Shown here piece after piece: positions 10,011 to 20,012 of a stretch of DNA of 64,000 nucleotides. Source of the DNA: a bacterium. GTDB lineage: Bacteria > SAR324 > XYD2-FULL-50-16. The notes under the pieces are model-generated. The model searched no databases. It saw only the letters and a list, made by a program, of their open reading frames with translations, and had not been told where the DNA came from. How positions within the stretch are numbered: position 1 is the stretch's first letter; each line of letters begins with the position of its first letter. The position numbers and the translations under genes were made by a program. The stretch spans positions 32,001 through 96,000 of the forward strand of contig JAVVEA010000007.1 of NCBI GenBank assembly GCA_032250835.1. The letters run 5' to 3'.

Positions 10011-11942
10011 TTATTCCAGTTCGTAGATCGCCTGTTCTAATGCTTCCAAGAGATCTTCCTCAGCCCCGTCCAACATAGCTTTCAGCTCGTCAAGCACCGA
10101 AACATCACCGAGCGTCTTATAGGCCTCGACCGCCTCGATCTTAACCCAGTCTGAAGGGGAATGCAAAAAGGGGCGCAAAATGACGCCCGCCTCATCCATT
10201 CCCTTTTGGACCAACAGTTGGATCAACTCAACATCGACCCGCTCGTGCCGGGCCGTCCCCTCTTCAACATACTTCTTCACAAAGTCGCTCAGCTCAGGTC
10301 CCGTGGGCATCATCCCCAAGCCGCGAACCGCCTCGACTTGAACCGCCGGGTCCGAATCCGCAATACCGCGCTCAATCAGTTCATAGGTCAACTGCTCTAA
10401 GTTTGCCAAGACCTTGAAGGAGATCACCCGGAGATGGGGATGCTCATCGCCTAAGGCCGCCAAGATTTTCTCTCGATGCGCTAAGGGGTCTTCAAAACCA
10501 TAAAGCTCCAGCGCCATGGCCCGCTCTTCGGGAGTAAAGGATTGCACGTAGGCCCTCACCCCTGAGTTGACGTTACGGGTGCCGATCTGGATCAGCGCGC
10601 CGTCGATGGCGTCCTTGACGTCCGGTTCGGTCTCTTGTTGCAGTTGAGCCACCAATAAGGAGACCATCTCGGAGTCTTCAGAACGCCCCAAGGCGTGGGC
10701 AGCGGCCAGCCGGATTTCGGCCTGCTGGTGGCCGATCATCCGCGCCAATTCTTGTTTCAGTTGAGGGCCATTCACCGATTCGGGCAGGTTTTCTAACACC
10801 GCGGCCACCAACTGGGGATCCCCCTGGCGCAGGCTCTCTAAAAACAACGCCTCTACCTGCGGACCCGTTCCTTTGCTGGCAACCTTCAGAGCCGCTTCCT
10901 TTTCACTTAGCGGCCCTTCAGGCTTAGACAAAATAACCCGGTAGGGCTCCAAATCCGCTTGGGGGAGTTCACCCAAGGCCAAGATCGCACGCTCGCGGAG
11001 TTCGGCGTCTGCTTCGCCGAGTAGCCCAACCAAGGCATCCTTGGCGGCTTCTAATTTAAAGCGCCCAATCAGGTCAATAGCGGTCAAGCGGTGTTCGGTG
11101 CTGCCTTCTTTAGCCAAATTGGATAAGGGCTGGGCCAATCCACTTAAGTCCAACTGAGCCATCTGCTCGGGTGATAAAGCTTGGGTGATCTGGTCCAAAG
11201 CGCTGGTCATCTCGCCGCCAAAAAAGCCCAGATCCTCGCCCCGTAAAACCTGTATCATCTCAGCTGCGGCTTCAGGGAAATGCAACTTGCCGATGCCTTG
11301 GATGCAGGTGATACGCACCACCATTTCTTCGCTAGTCAAGTAATGGCGCACCAAGCGCAGAGCCTTCAAGCCGCCAATGGTGGTGATGCCGCGGATCACC
11401 GCACACTTCATCCACTCATCCTCGGTGTCCAAATAGGCGGCCAAGATTTCCAAATGGTCTGAATTCCCGATTTCGCCCAGACCGTCGGCCGCAGTGGCGG
11501 AGATGTTCACATCGTTGTCGTCTAAGGCTACCACCAAAGCCTTCATGCTATCGTCGGAACGGATCGCCAACAGTGAGTCCACCGCGAACTTGCGCACATC
11601 CCGGTCCAGCGACTGGAGCTGACGTGCCAAAGCAGGCACCGCCACATCGCCCAAGCGGCTCAAGACTTCGCTAGAAAGATTTCGTAGCCGGACATCTTCG
11701 CTGGCCAAGTTGCCGACCAAAACCTCGGCTACTTCGGGCCCGCCCAAGTTGGCCAGAGCCGAAGCGCAGGCCTCGGCCACCGCGACGCTGGCATCGCCCA
11801 GCGCCTTGGCCAGATAGGGGACCGCTTCGCGGTACCCGCCGTACTCCAAGTCTTCGGCGGCATAACGGCGGCTGCTTTCATCTCCTTGTTCCAAATCGGC
11901 GATCAGCCGACTAAATTCTTTTTGGCGATTGTCGTCGCTCAT
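10011..11942 (-). CDS. HEAT-repeat (PBS lyase-like) protein of chemotaxis operon
   Basis: Repeated L.D.D..VR..A..ALG motifs; lies between cheR and cheY. Confidence 0.88.
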   Translation of the reverse strand: MSDDNRQKEFSRLIADLEQGDESSRRYAAEDLEYGGYREAVPYLAKALGDASVAVAEACASALANLGGPEVAEVLVGNLASEDVRLRNLSSEVLSRLGDVAVPALARQLQSLDRDVRKFAVDSLLAIRSDDSMKALVVALDDNDVNISATAADGLGEIGNSDHLEILAAYLDTEDEWMKCAVIRGITTIGGLKALRLVRHYLTSEEMVVRITCIQGIGKLHFPEAAAEMIQVLRGEDLGFFGGEMTSALDQITQALSPEQMAQLDLSGLAQPLSNLAKEGSTEHRLTAIDLIGRFKLEAAKDALVGLLGEADAELRERAILALGELPQADLEPYRVILSKPEGPLSEKEAALKVASKGTGPQVEALFLESLRQGDPQLVAAVLENLPESVNGPQLKQELARMIGHQQAEIRLAAAHALGRSEDSEMVSLLVAQLQQETEPDVKDAIDGALIQIGTRNVNSGVRAYVQSFTPEERAMALELYGFEDPLAHREKILAALGDEHPHLRVISFKVLANLEQLTYELIERGIADSDPAVQVEAVRGLGMMPTGPELSDFVKKYVEEGTARHERVDVELIQLLVQKGMDEAGVILRPFLHSPSDWVKIEAVEAYKTLGDVSVLDELKAMLDGAEEDLLEALEQAIYELE

Positions 11943-11950
11943 CTTAGCCC

Positions 11951-12793
11951 TTACTTTCGGTAGGAGAGAGATTTCTGAAACTTAATCAACTTAAAGGCGG
12001 CGCTCAACTTGCCCACCGATTCACTATGACCCAAAAAGATAAAACCGCCGGGGTTCAAGGCGTCGTAAATCCCGCCGACCACCCGCTTGCGGGATTCTTC
12101 GTCAAAATAGATCAAAACATTGCGGCAAAAAGCAAAATCAAAGCCCTGCATCCGCCGCATGCTCATCCGGTCCATCAGATTTAGCTGCTGGAACTTAACG
12201 AACTTTACGATCTCGTCCTTGACCTTATACCGGCTGCTTTGCTCTTCAAAGTAAGCCCGCAGGTTTTGCGGCGTAACGTCTTTGACGGCTCGCTGATCAT
12301 ATACAGCCGCCTGGGCCTTGGCCAGGATTTTGGTGTCAATATCCGTTCCCACCACCTCAATCTGCCAGCGAGAAAAATCAGCCAGATGGTCCTTGAGCAG
12401 CATCACCAGCGTGTAGGGCTCCTCACCAGAGCTACAGGCCGCCGACCAGAGGCGCAGCTTAAAGTCGTTCCTTTTGCGTTTTTCCTCCACCACCATCAGC
12501 AAAGCTTCTTCGGCAAAGGATTCAAGCTGCGGGAGGTTGCGGTAGAAATAGGTCTCGTTGGTGGTCAGTTCTTCGATCAGTTGGTTGATCTCATCCCCAC
12601 CGCCGAGCTTGAGCAGGCGAAAGTACTCCTTCGCGCTTGAGGAGTTGGTCGCCTGCATCCGCTTTTGGACGCGCTTTTCGATAAAATAAAATTTCTTCTC
12701 TTCGAAGAAAAGGCCCGCTTGGGTCAGCACCAAATCCCGGATCGGGATCAGGTCTTCCGAAGCAATTGGCTCGTTATTACCCATCGGTATCAT
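11951..12793 (-). CDS. cheR: Chemotaxis methyltransferase CheR
   Basis: TTNETYFYR, WSAACSSGEEPYT, FCRNVLIYFD, GHSES. Confidence 0.96.
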   Translation of the reverse strand: MIPMGNNEPIASEDLIPIRDLVLTQAGLFFEEKKFYFIEKRVQKRMQATNSSSAKEYFRLLKLGGGDEINQLIEELTTNETYFYRNLPQLESFAEEALLMVVEEKRKRNDFKLRLWSAACSSGEEPYTLVMLLKDHLADFSRWQIEVVGTDIDTKILAKAQAAVYDQRAVKDVTPQNLRAYFEEQSSRYKVKDEIVKFVKFQQLNLMDRMSMRRMQGFDFAFCRNVLIYFDEESRKRVVGGIYDALNPGGFIFLGHSESVGKLSAAFKLIKFQKSLSYRK

Positions 12794-13905
12794 ACCAACT
12801 CCCCCACCAGTTGGATCACTTTCTCGGCGATTTTATCTTCATCGAGAATGAATTCGGCTCCCCCCATTTCAACCACACGCCCCGGCATCCCAAAGACGAC
12901 GCAACTTTCTTCAGACTCGGCAATGCTGTGCCCACCGGCCTTATGGTGGGCCGTCAAGGCAGCGGCCCCATCGGCTCCCATGCCGGTCAGCATCACCCCC
13001 ACCCAGCGGTTACCTAAAGCTTCGCTTAAGCTTTCAAACAGCACATCCACCGAAGGCCGATAAATTTTCCCCGGTACATCGTCTAAAATCCGTACCATCA
13101 AGAGCTTATGGTTGCGGTGGTCCAGACGCATATGTTTGCCGCCCGGCGCGATATAGATGCAACCGGCTTCAATCACTTCGCCCTCTTCGGCTTCCTTGAC
13201 CCGCATCCCGCAAATATTATTCAACCGCTCCGCAAAGCTTTTGGTGAATTTTTCGGGCATATGTTGCGCGATCACAATGGAGCCCGGAAAATTGGCCGGA
13301 ATTTCCGGTAAGAGGCTCATCAAGGTCTTAGGCCCACCGGTCGAGACGCCAATGCCCACCACCACCCCTTGGGGCCCCTTCGGGGCCGGGCCCAAAGCGC
13401 CCTTGGGTGCCTGACCTACCGGAGTGAGAGGGGCCATAGGCCGGGGTTTGGGCACCGCCATCGGTTTTGGCCGGCTCGGCTGGCGACGGATAAAGGTATT
13501 GCGCCCCCGCGCCGAGGCGGCGGCTTTGATCTTTTCGCGGATCGCGCGGCCCTGAGTGTCGATGTCGCGGCTGATCGAACCCGAAGGTTTAGCCACAAAA
13601 TCTACCGCACCTAGCTGCAATGCCTCTATCGTTTCTTCGGCACCTTCTTGGGTCAAAGAGCTGATCATCACTACCGGGCGAGGGCAGTCGGCCATGATGC
13701 GCTTGAGGCACTCAAGCCCGTCCATCTGTGGCATGTTCACGTCCAGCGTGACCACGTCAGGATCAAATTGTTTGATTTTGTCGAGCGCAAACTTACCATT
13801 GATCGCCGTGGAAACAACTTCCAGGTCGGGATCCTGTTCGATAATTTTGCTCAATTCAGCGCGCATCAACGCCGAATCGTCTACTACCAAAACCTTATAG
13901 GGCAT
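12790..13905 (-). CDS. cheB: Chemotaxis methylesterase CheB (REC + esterase)
   Basis: REC domain; GVSTGGP, QHMP, LTGMGADG, FGMP. Confidence 0.97.
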   Translation of the reverse strand: MPYKVLVVDDSALMRAELSKIIEQDPDLEVVSTAINGKFALDKIKQFDPDVVTLDVNMPQMDGLECLKRIMADCPRPVVMISSLTQEGAEETIEALQLGAVDFVAKPSGSISRDIDTQGRAIREKIKAAASARGRNTFIRRQPSRPKPMAVPKPRPMAPLTPVGQAPKGALGPAPKGPQGVVVGIGVSTGGPKTLMSLLPEIPANFPGSIVIAQHMPEKFTKSFAERLNNICGMRVKEAEEGEVIEAGCIYIAPGGKHMRLDHRNHKLLMVRILDDVPGKIYRPSVDVLFESLSEALGNRWVGVMLTGMGADGAAALTAHHKAGGHSIAESEESCVVFGMPGRVVEMGGAEFILDEDKIAEKVIQLVGELV

Positions 13906-13934
13906 TCGGGCTTACCTGAAAATTAAGAGGGGCA

Positions 13935-15503
13935 TTAGCCGTGCCCTATCTGCCGGCGTTCTTCGGCCTCGAGTTGTTCTAACTCGGCTTGTACGCCCAA
14001 GAGCGCATCACTACCGCTACCGTCAGCCCCCAAACCCTGCGCTTGGATGAGCGTATTGTTTAAGTCCATCAACACCACGATGTCGTCACTACCCACATCT
14101 TTGCTCATGCCACGGATAAAGATATTGCCGCGCTGGCTTAGCAACTCGCTGGGCGGCTCAAAGGTAGAAAGCAACACCTTGCGGATGCCCACCACTTTTT
14201 CCACCACCAATCCGGCCACTTCCGCTCCGGTATCGACAATCAAAATCTTGGTGTCTGGGGTGAACTCGTATCCAACGTTTTCCACCAACAAAGGTAGATC
14301 CACCACGCTGATCACGTCACCGCGCAGGTTGATCACCCCACGGATGAATTCGGGACTCTTAGGCACCGGGACCACTTCACGCACCGGGATGATCTCGTTA
14401 GCCGTGGCCACCTCTATGGCGTATTTTTCCCCGGCGAGCATGAACTCTAAGATCGGTACTTCTTCTTCGCGTTCCCCTTCGTCCTCAATTTCGACCTGAC
14501 TATCTTCTAAATCTTTGAGTTGGTCTTGCTCTTCAAAGCTGAACAGCTTTTCGAGCTTAAGCAACATCACGATCTGGGTCTTCCCTTCGCGCTCAAGCTT
14601 AATAACGCCCCGCAGTTGGTCTAACTGCTTCGCGTTGAGGGTGATGGGCGGCTCGGTGATCTCGCTTTCCTTGATCAGATAGACTTCGGTGATCATATCA
14701 ACAATCAAGCCCACCTTGATTCCTTCAATACGCACGATGATAACCGGCGGCTCTTCAATCTCTTTCTGCGATTTGACGGCCATCCGCTGCCCCAGGCGGA
14801 TTACCGGAATCACCGATTCACGCAGGTGGAAGATGCCTTCGACAAAGCTGTCCATTTCCGGCACGGGCGTGATTTCAGGCATTTGGATGATTTCTTCGAC
14901 CTGGATGCTTTGGATCGCAAAGCGCTCACGACCGATCGCAAAGCCAACCAAGAACAACTCGGGCGAGACCTCGACCACCACCTCTTCTTTAGCTTTGAGG
15001 TGTTCGTTGGCCGCTGTGACCTCGTGGTGGATATAAAAATCCTCCTCGTCGATCAGGGCTTCATGGTCGAGCAGCAGTAAAATCTCGTCATCATCCAGAC
15101 GGTAGGAACCGGAGATGTATTTTTGTTTCTCGCTAGAGACAAATTTGCTCGCACCTTGGATCGAGGAGTTGTTTAAGGTGACGATTCGGCTGATCGAATC
15201 GACCAGCATGCCCAATTTGCAGCCCTGCGAGTAAATCACGATCACCCGGCTCTGTTCATCTTGACCCTTCGGTTCCATTTGGAACCGGCGGCGCATGTCG
15301 ATGATGCTGATCACCTCACCGCGCAGGTTGATGATCCCCATAAAGTACGCAGGCGTCCGCGGGATGGCAGTGGGCTTTTTGGGGGTGATGATCTCCTCGA
15401 CACACATGATGTCGACCCCAAAGACCTCTTCACCTACGTAAAAGGTAATCTGCTGGACTTGGGACTCAATAGCCGTCTCGACAACGGCGGGTACGTTACT
15501 CAT
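13935..15503 (-). CDS. cheW: CheW protein with three tandem CheW domains
   Basis: Three repeats of F....E.F.I....VEEI......P.....GI.NLRG.VI. Confidence 0.93.
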   Translation of the reverse strand: MSNVPAVVETAIESQVQQITFYVGEEVFGVDIMCVEEIITPKKPTAIPRTPAYFMGIINLRGEVISIIDMRRRFQMEPKGQDEQSRVIVIYSQGCKLGMLVDSISRIVTLNNSSIQGASKFVSSEKQKYISGSYRLDDDEILLLLDHEALIDEEDFYIHHEVTAANEHLKAKEEVVVEVSPELFLVGFAIGRERFAIQSIQVEEIIQMPEITPVPEMDSFVEGIFHLRESVIPVIRLGQRMAVKSQKEIEEPPVIIVRIEGIKVGLIVDMITEVYLIKESEITEPPITLNAKQLDQLRGVIKLEREGKTQIVMLLKLEKLFSFEEQDQLKDLEDSQVEIEDEGEREEEVPILEFMLAGEKYAIEVATANEIIPVREVVPVPKSPEFIRGVINLRGDVISVVDLPLLVENVGYEFTPDTKILIVDTGAEVAGLVVEKVVGIRKVLLSTFEPPSELLSQRGNIFIRGMSKDVGSDDIVVLMDLNNTLIQAQGLGADGSGSDALLGVQAELEQLEAEERRQIGHG

Positions 15504-15680
15504 GACCTATCCTGGTTCGGTTTCGGCGCGTGGGGGCCCATTGTACCGAAAGACGCCTCTTTTTACAAAGGGATTTCGCCATATAGACATTTGGTGTCTT
15601 TGCAATTCAAGCTATACCCGCTAAAGATAAGCATTTGAAGCTTTTTTTGGCCTCTCTTCAATTTAAGACCTCTTTTAGCG

Positions 15681-16343
15681 ATGCCCCTGCCCAACCCTTT
15701 TGCGGATCATTGCGTACTGGCTCAAATCCCGATTGAGTCGAGTATCGTACCGCTCCACTCTACCGAACAGGCGCTTTGCGCGTCCTTTGGGTCCGCCAAA
15801 CGGAAGGCCGAATTTTCCACCGGGCGTCGCGCGGCGGCTCGGGCGATGGGCCTAGCTGGATACCCTATTCTGCCCGTTGGGCGGGGCTCCAGAGGAGAGC
15901 CCCTTTGGCCCTTAGGCCTAGTCGCGAGCCTTGCGCACGACCGCCGCACTGCGGCCTGTTTGATGGCCCGCCGTCACTCGGGACTACGGGCCATAGGGCT
16001 GGATATAGAACCCTTAGACCGCAGGCCTAGCCTTAAGGCGCTCCAATCGGTCTGCTCTGCGCAGGAGTTAAAAAACCTGCAAGAGCCCCAATCATTGCAA
16101 GCGGCCTTTTGCGCCAAAGAGGCTATTTTCAAGGCAATCTACCCCTTAAACCAAGTCGCCTTGGGCTTCTTCGACGCGAAGGTTCAGATACTACAAGACG
16201 GAAGATTCTTGGCGGAACTGGCTTTGAATCCCTGGCCAGACCAACCCGGCTTCCCCTTAAAGCTGCAAGGCAAATGGGGGCAATCGGCCGAACATCTCTG
16301 GGCGGCTTTAGCGCTACGTAATGATTTGACTTGGATAGAATAA
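15681..16343 (+). CDS. 4'-phosphopantetheinyl transferase (EntD/Sfp type)
   Basis: KRKAEFSTGR, GEPLWP.G..SLAH, IGLDIE, FCAKEAIFKA. Confidence 0.88.
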   Translation: MPLPNPFADHCVLAQIPIESSIVPLHSTEQALCASFGSAKRKAEFSTGRRAAARAMGLAGYPILPVGRGSRGEPLWPLGLVASLAHDRRTAACLMARRHSGLRAIGLDIEPLDRRPSLKALQSVCSAQELKNLQEPQSLQAAFCAKEAIFKAIYPLNQVALGFFDAKVQILQDGRFLAELALNPWPDQPGFPLKLQGKWGQSAEHLWAALALRNDLTWIE

Positions 16344-16447
16344 CCTCCGAAGGAGGTCAGGACCCCTGAACGGGGCCATTAAGCCAGGCCAAAGGGCCCG
16401 GCTCAAAGGCATGACTCGCCCGAGGGCAAGCCGATTTCAGCTAAAGC

Positions 16448-16753
16448 TTACTGCTTAGACAAGAAATCTGCGACTTCTTCCATCTGCTCGTGGCTCAGGC
16501 TTTTAACAGCGGGGATCATTGCAGCCAGCATGGGGCTGTTTTTGCGCTTGCCAGAAGCGATGTCTTCCATCTGCTTCACCAAGTACTTGGGGTGCTGGCC
16601 ATTCAAGTTGGGGTACATCTGGTTGCTAGATTTGCCGTTGGGGCCGTGGCAAGCAACACACTTAGAGTACAGAGCTGCACCATCAGCGAAAGCAACAGAT
16701 GCACCAGAGAACATAAGGGCTGCGCCCACGAGGATACCGAATACCTTTTTCAT
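16448..16753 (-). CDS. Class I monoheme cytochrome c (c553/c4-like)
   Basis: Signal peptide, CVACHG, YPNLNGQ...YL.KQM, distal Met. Confidence 0.93.
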   Translation of the reverse strand: MKKVFGILVGAALMFSGASVAFADGAALYSKCVACHGPNGKSSNQMYPNLNGQHPKYLVKQMEDIASGKRKNSPMLAAMIPAVKSLSHEQMEEVADFLSKQ

Positions 16754-16875
16754 GACGTCCTTTCGTATCAGAGTTTTTTTTGATGCCCTTCAGACAACAA
16801 GTTTTAGTTCGAAAGCATTACCGGAACCGGTGAGGGTTCTCTCTCGGCAATGACGTTGGACTACTCGATTAGAAG

Positions 16876-16894
16876 GGATTTGTAAAGGATTTGT
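16876..16894. promoter_or_regulatory. Direct repeat with 11-bp period, possible OmpR/PhoB-family binding site
   Basis: GGATTTGT at 16876 and 16887, upstream of the cytochrome c gene. Confidence 0.35.
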
Positions 16895-16991
16895 TGGTTT
16901 TTTATAAACCTGTTCTATTCGTGCAGAACTCGGGTTCAACCCATAAAGGCAGGCAGCTCAGGTCACACAGGCCCTCAAAAAAACTCCACTT

Positions 16992-18755
16992 TTAGGGCCT
17001 GGGGAAGAGCAATCGGAAGCGACTTCCTCGGCCCCATTTACTCTCCACTTCCACTTGCCCCCGGTGCAGCTTGAGGATGTTTTTCACAATCGCCAACCCC
17101 AACCCGGTAGAACTATCCAGTCCGCTACGGGCTTTATCGACGCGGTAAAAACGTTCGAATATACGGGGCAAATCGGCTTCGGGGACGCCTTCGCCTCGAT
17201 CTGCGACCTCCACCACCTGCCAAGGTCCACGCTCGAAGCAGGTAATGGTGACCTGTGAACCTTCAGGACTGTATTTAATCGCGTTGTCAATCAGGTTGAC
17301 CAGCGCTTGCTCCGCCAATTGGTCGTTAACCAGCACCTCCACTTCAGGGCTCTCGGGCACCAACAGCTCCACTTGGCGGCTCTGGGCCTTTTGGGCACAA
17401 TAGCCCTTGGAAATGCGGATCAAGTCGCGCAGGTCCCGGCGTTCGGTGTGTAATTGCTCCTCAAAACCTTCTTGCTCAATCCGGGCAAGACTCAAGAGGT
17501 CTTCGACGATCATTTCCAGGCGGTTGGCGTGTTTGTAAACAATCCTCAAAAAGCGCTCGGCGTCGTCAGGGTCGTCCATGGCCCCGTCCAATAGGGTCTC
17601 TACGAACCCTTTAACACTGGTGATCGGGGTCTTTAGCTCATGACTCACGTTGGCCACAAACTCCTTACGCACATTTTCCAAGCGGAGCAGGTGGGTTAGG
17701 TCGTAAAAGGCCAGCAACACGCCCAAGTGCCGCCCCTGATTGTCCGATAGGCGGCTACCGGTGGCGCGGACCACCCGATCGGTCTGGAAAATTTCGATCT
17801 GGGCGGTGACCGTTTGATCGGTAGCCAGAGCTTCCTGGGCGAAGCGTTCCAACTCGGGATTACGCAAAATCTCCACCAGCTTCTTGCCCTTGGCTTCACG
17901 CAGGCTCAAAATCTCGATAGCCGCCGGATTGAGGTTAGTTACACGGCCCTCGGTGTCTAAAACCAACAACCCCTCCCCGATACCGGTAAAAATCGCCTCC
18001 TGTTCCAGCTTCTGCCGCCCGATGGTTTCAAAACGCTCTTGCAGCTGCCCAGCCATCAGGTTGAGTGCCGCCGAGAGGCGGGAAAACTCCAGGCTATCAA
18101 ACTGAGGCAGCCGGACGCTTAAGTCCCCCTGTGCAAAGTCCTGGGCCCGCTGCTGGATTTCCTCAAGTGGCCCAGCCACCTTCTTGACCACCAACAAACT
18201 AGCTAGCGCGGCCACTAGCCCCAAGCCCAAGGTCAAGCCAATCGCCCCGAAGCGAGTCCAACTCAACACTTTAGCGAAGCTTTCGATAGGAACCCCCAGC
18301 CGCACCACGCCAACCAGACGCGCATCTTCACGCAAAGGGCGTGCAACGTACAACATTTGGCGCTGCTCGGTATAACCAAAGCGGATCGCCTGTTCGGCGT
18401 GCCCCTGGATGGCGGCTTTAATTTCCGGCTGCTCGGCCAGGACTTCTGCGGTAGAAAGGTAACCCTGGCTATCCGAAAGGAACTCCCCTCGAGGCGAGAC
18501 CAGGGTGATCCGCACTTCACCGCGCGGGCCTAAGCGTTCGGCCAAACCGCCCAAGGCCACCCATTGACCGCCGTCGATCATGGCCACCAGCTCAGGCTCT
18601 AGAATACGGCCCCGCGCCAGCAATTCCTGGGCGCGGTACTCCAAAAAAAAGTCACCATACTGCCGGCTGACCAACGCGGTCAGCAGCAGCAAGGTAATCA
18701 ACAAAATCAAGAGTAGCCCCGGAAAGAGCTGCCAATGGAGCCGTTTGGGGTTCAT
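16992..18755 (-). CDS. phoR: PhoR-like sensor histidine kinase (HAMP-PAS-HisKA-HATPase)
   Basis: EFVANVSHELKTP, NLIDNAIKY, IFERFYRVDKAR, GLGLAIVK; two TM helices. Confidence 0.8.
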   Translation of the reverse strand: MNPKRLHWQLFPGLLLILLITLLLLTALVSRQYGDFFLEYRAQELLARGRILEPELVAMIDGGQWVALGGLAERLGPRGEVRITLVSPRGEFLSDSQGYLSTAEVLAEQPEIKAAIQGHAEQAIRFGYTEQRQMLYVARPLREDARLVGVVRLGVPIESFAKVLSWTRFGAIGLTLGLGLVAALASLLVVKKVAGPLEEIQQRAQDFAQGDLSVRLPQFDSLEFSRLSAALNLMAGQLQERFETIGRQKLEQEAIFTGIGEGLLVLDTEGRVTNLNPAAIEILSLREAKGKKLVEILRNPELERFAQEALATDQTVTAQIEIFQTDRVVRATGSRLSDNQGRHLGVLLAFYDLTHLLRLENVRKEFVANVSHELKTPITSVKGFVETLLDGAMDDPDDAERFLRIVYKHANRLEMIVEDLLSLARIEQEGFEEQLHTERRDLRDLIRISKGYCAQKAQSRQVELLVPESPEVEVLVNDQLAEQALVNLIDNAIKYSPEGSQVTITCFERGPWQVVEVADRGEGVPEADLPRIFERFYRVDKARSGLDSSTGLGLAIVKNILKLHRGQVEVESKWGRGSRFRLLFPRP

Positions 18756-18770
18756 AGGAGGCGGCTTCGC

Positions 18771-19823
18771 TTAACCGAAGAGTTCCTTAAGCTTCACATC
18801 AAAGGGAGGCGTGATCAGGCCCTTTTCGGTGATGATTCCATGGATCAATTTATTTTCGGTGGGGTCAAAGGCGGGGTTGCGGACCTTGATCCCCTCGGGC
18901 CCGGTGCGCTTGGCCCCAAAGAAAGTGACCTCTTCGGGCTCTCGCTCCTCGATCACTACATCTTTACCGGTAGCAGTGCTCAGATCGATAGTCGAATAGG
19001 GAGCGGCCACATAAAAGGGAATGTTGAAGTACTTGGCTAAAATCGCCACCGAGTAAGTGCCGATCTTATTGACGGCGTCACCGTTGGCGGCAATGCGGTC
19101 AGCCCCGACAATCACCAAGTCGATCAGCCCTTGGCTCATCAAGTACCCAGCCATGTTGTCACAGATCAGGGTCACGTCCAGCCCGGCGCGTTGCAATTCC
19201 CAGGCGGTCAAGCGGGCCCCTTGTAGCAGCGGGCGGGTCTCGTCGGCATAAACGCGGAATTTGCGGCCTTCGGAAAAGGCGGTATACATAGGAGCCAAGG
19301 CGGTACCCAGTTTACTGACCGCCAAATGGCCCGCGTTGCAATGGGTTAAAACGCCCATGCCTTCTTTGATCAAGGGGGCCCCGTTTTTGCCGATCTCCAC
19401 CGAGCAATCGATGTCTTCTTGGTGGAGCGCGATCGCTTCGGCTTCTAGTTGCTGGTACATAGCCTCGGGGCTCTGGCCCACCAGCGTCTTGGCCTTGGCG
19501 ACCATGCGCCGCAAAGCCCAACCCAGATTTACGGCCGTAGGGCGCGAGCTGTCTAAATAAGCGGCAACCTCTTCGATCTTTTCCATGAAAGCCGAAGCAT
19601 CTAGCCCTAAGTGTGGCTTAATCCCCACCAGCAGGCCGTACCCCCCGGCCACGCCCAGGGCTGGGGCCCCGCGGACTTTAAGCTTTTTGATGGAATCCCA
19701 AACCTGCTCGACCGACTCTTGGCGTTCGATCCGTTCTTCATTAGGCAGTAAAGTTTGTTCCAGGAAATAAAGTTGGCCTTCTTTCCATTCCACACTGAAG
19801 GGGAGGTTTAATTGAATTTCCAT
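18771..19823 (-). CDS. mtnA: S-methyl-5-thioribose-1-phosphate isomerase
   Basis: VRGAPA, SRPTAVNL, THCNAG.LA, ETRPLLQGARLTAWEL, NKIGTY. ATG at 19823 preferred over the upstream TTG. Confidence 0.95.
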   Translation of the reverse strand: MEIQLNLPFSVEWKEGQLYFLEQTLLPNEERIERQESVEQVWDSIKKLKVRGAPALGVAGGYGLLVGIKPHLGLDASAFMEKIEEVAAYLDSSRPTAVNLGWALRRMVAKAKTLVGQSPEAMYQQLEAEAIALHQEDIDCSVEIGKNGAPLIKEGMGVLTHCNAGHLAVSKLGTALAPMYTAFSEGRKFRVYADETRPLLQGARLTAWELQRAGLDVTLICDNMAGYLMSQGLIDLVIVGADRIAANGDAVNKIGTYSVAILAKYFNIPFYVAAPYSTIDLSTATGKDVVIEEREPEEVTFFGAKRTGPEGIKVRNPAFDPTENKLIHGIITEKGLITPPFDVKLKELFG

Positions 19824-19934
19824 TCGATTTTTTTTACTGATAGGGTGTGAAGTCAAGGTAGTTACTTTTACCTTTTGCTAGCATGCCCACCTCAATCCGC
19901 CAAGGGCCATTTGGGAGCCTTAGGGGTCAATGGA

Positions 19935-19963
19935 TTGACAGCCACAAGGAAACCTGATAGGGT
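19935..19963 (+). promoter_or_regulatory. Sigma70-type promoter of the hrcA operon
   Basis: TTGACA-N17-TAGGGT with extended TG, directly upstream of CIRCE. Confidence 0.7.
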
Positions 19964-19964
19964 T

Positions 19965-19991
19965 TTAGCACTCATCAAGGAAGAGTGCTAA
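19965..19991. promoter_or_regulatory. CIRCE element (HrcA operator)
   Basis: Perfect TTAGCACTC-N9-GAGTGCTAA just upstream of hrcA. Confidence 0.97.
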
Positions 19992-20012
19992 TCACTTGGC
20001 CGGGAGGTCTCA

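Noticed and set aside
19824-19930. SAM riboswitch upstream of mtnA
   Set aside because: No S-box core motifs; the region is short and shared with the hrcA promoter.
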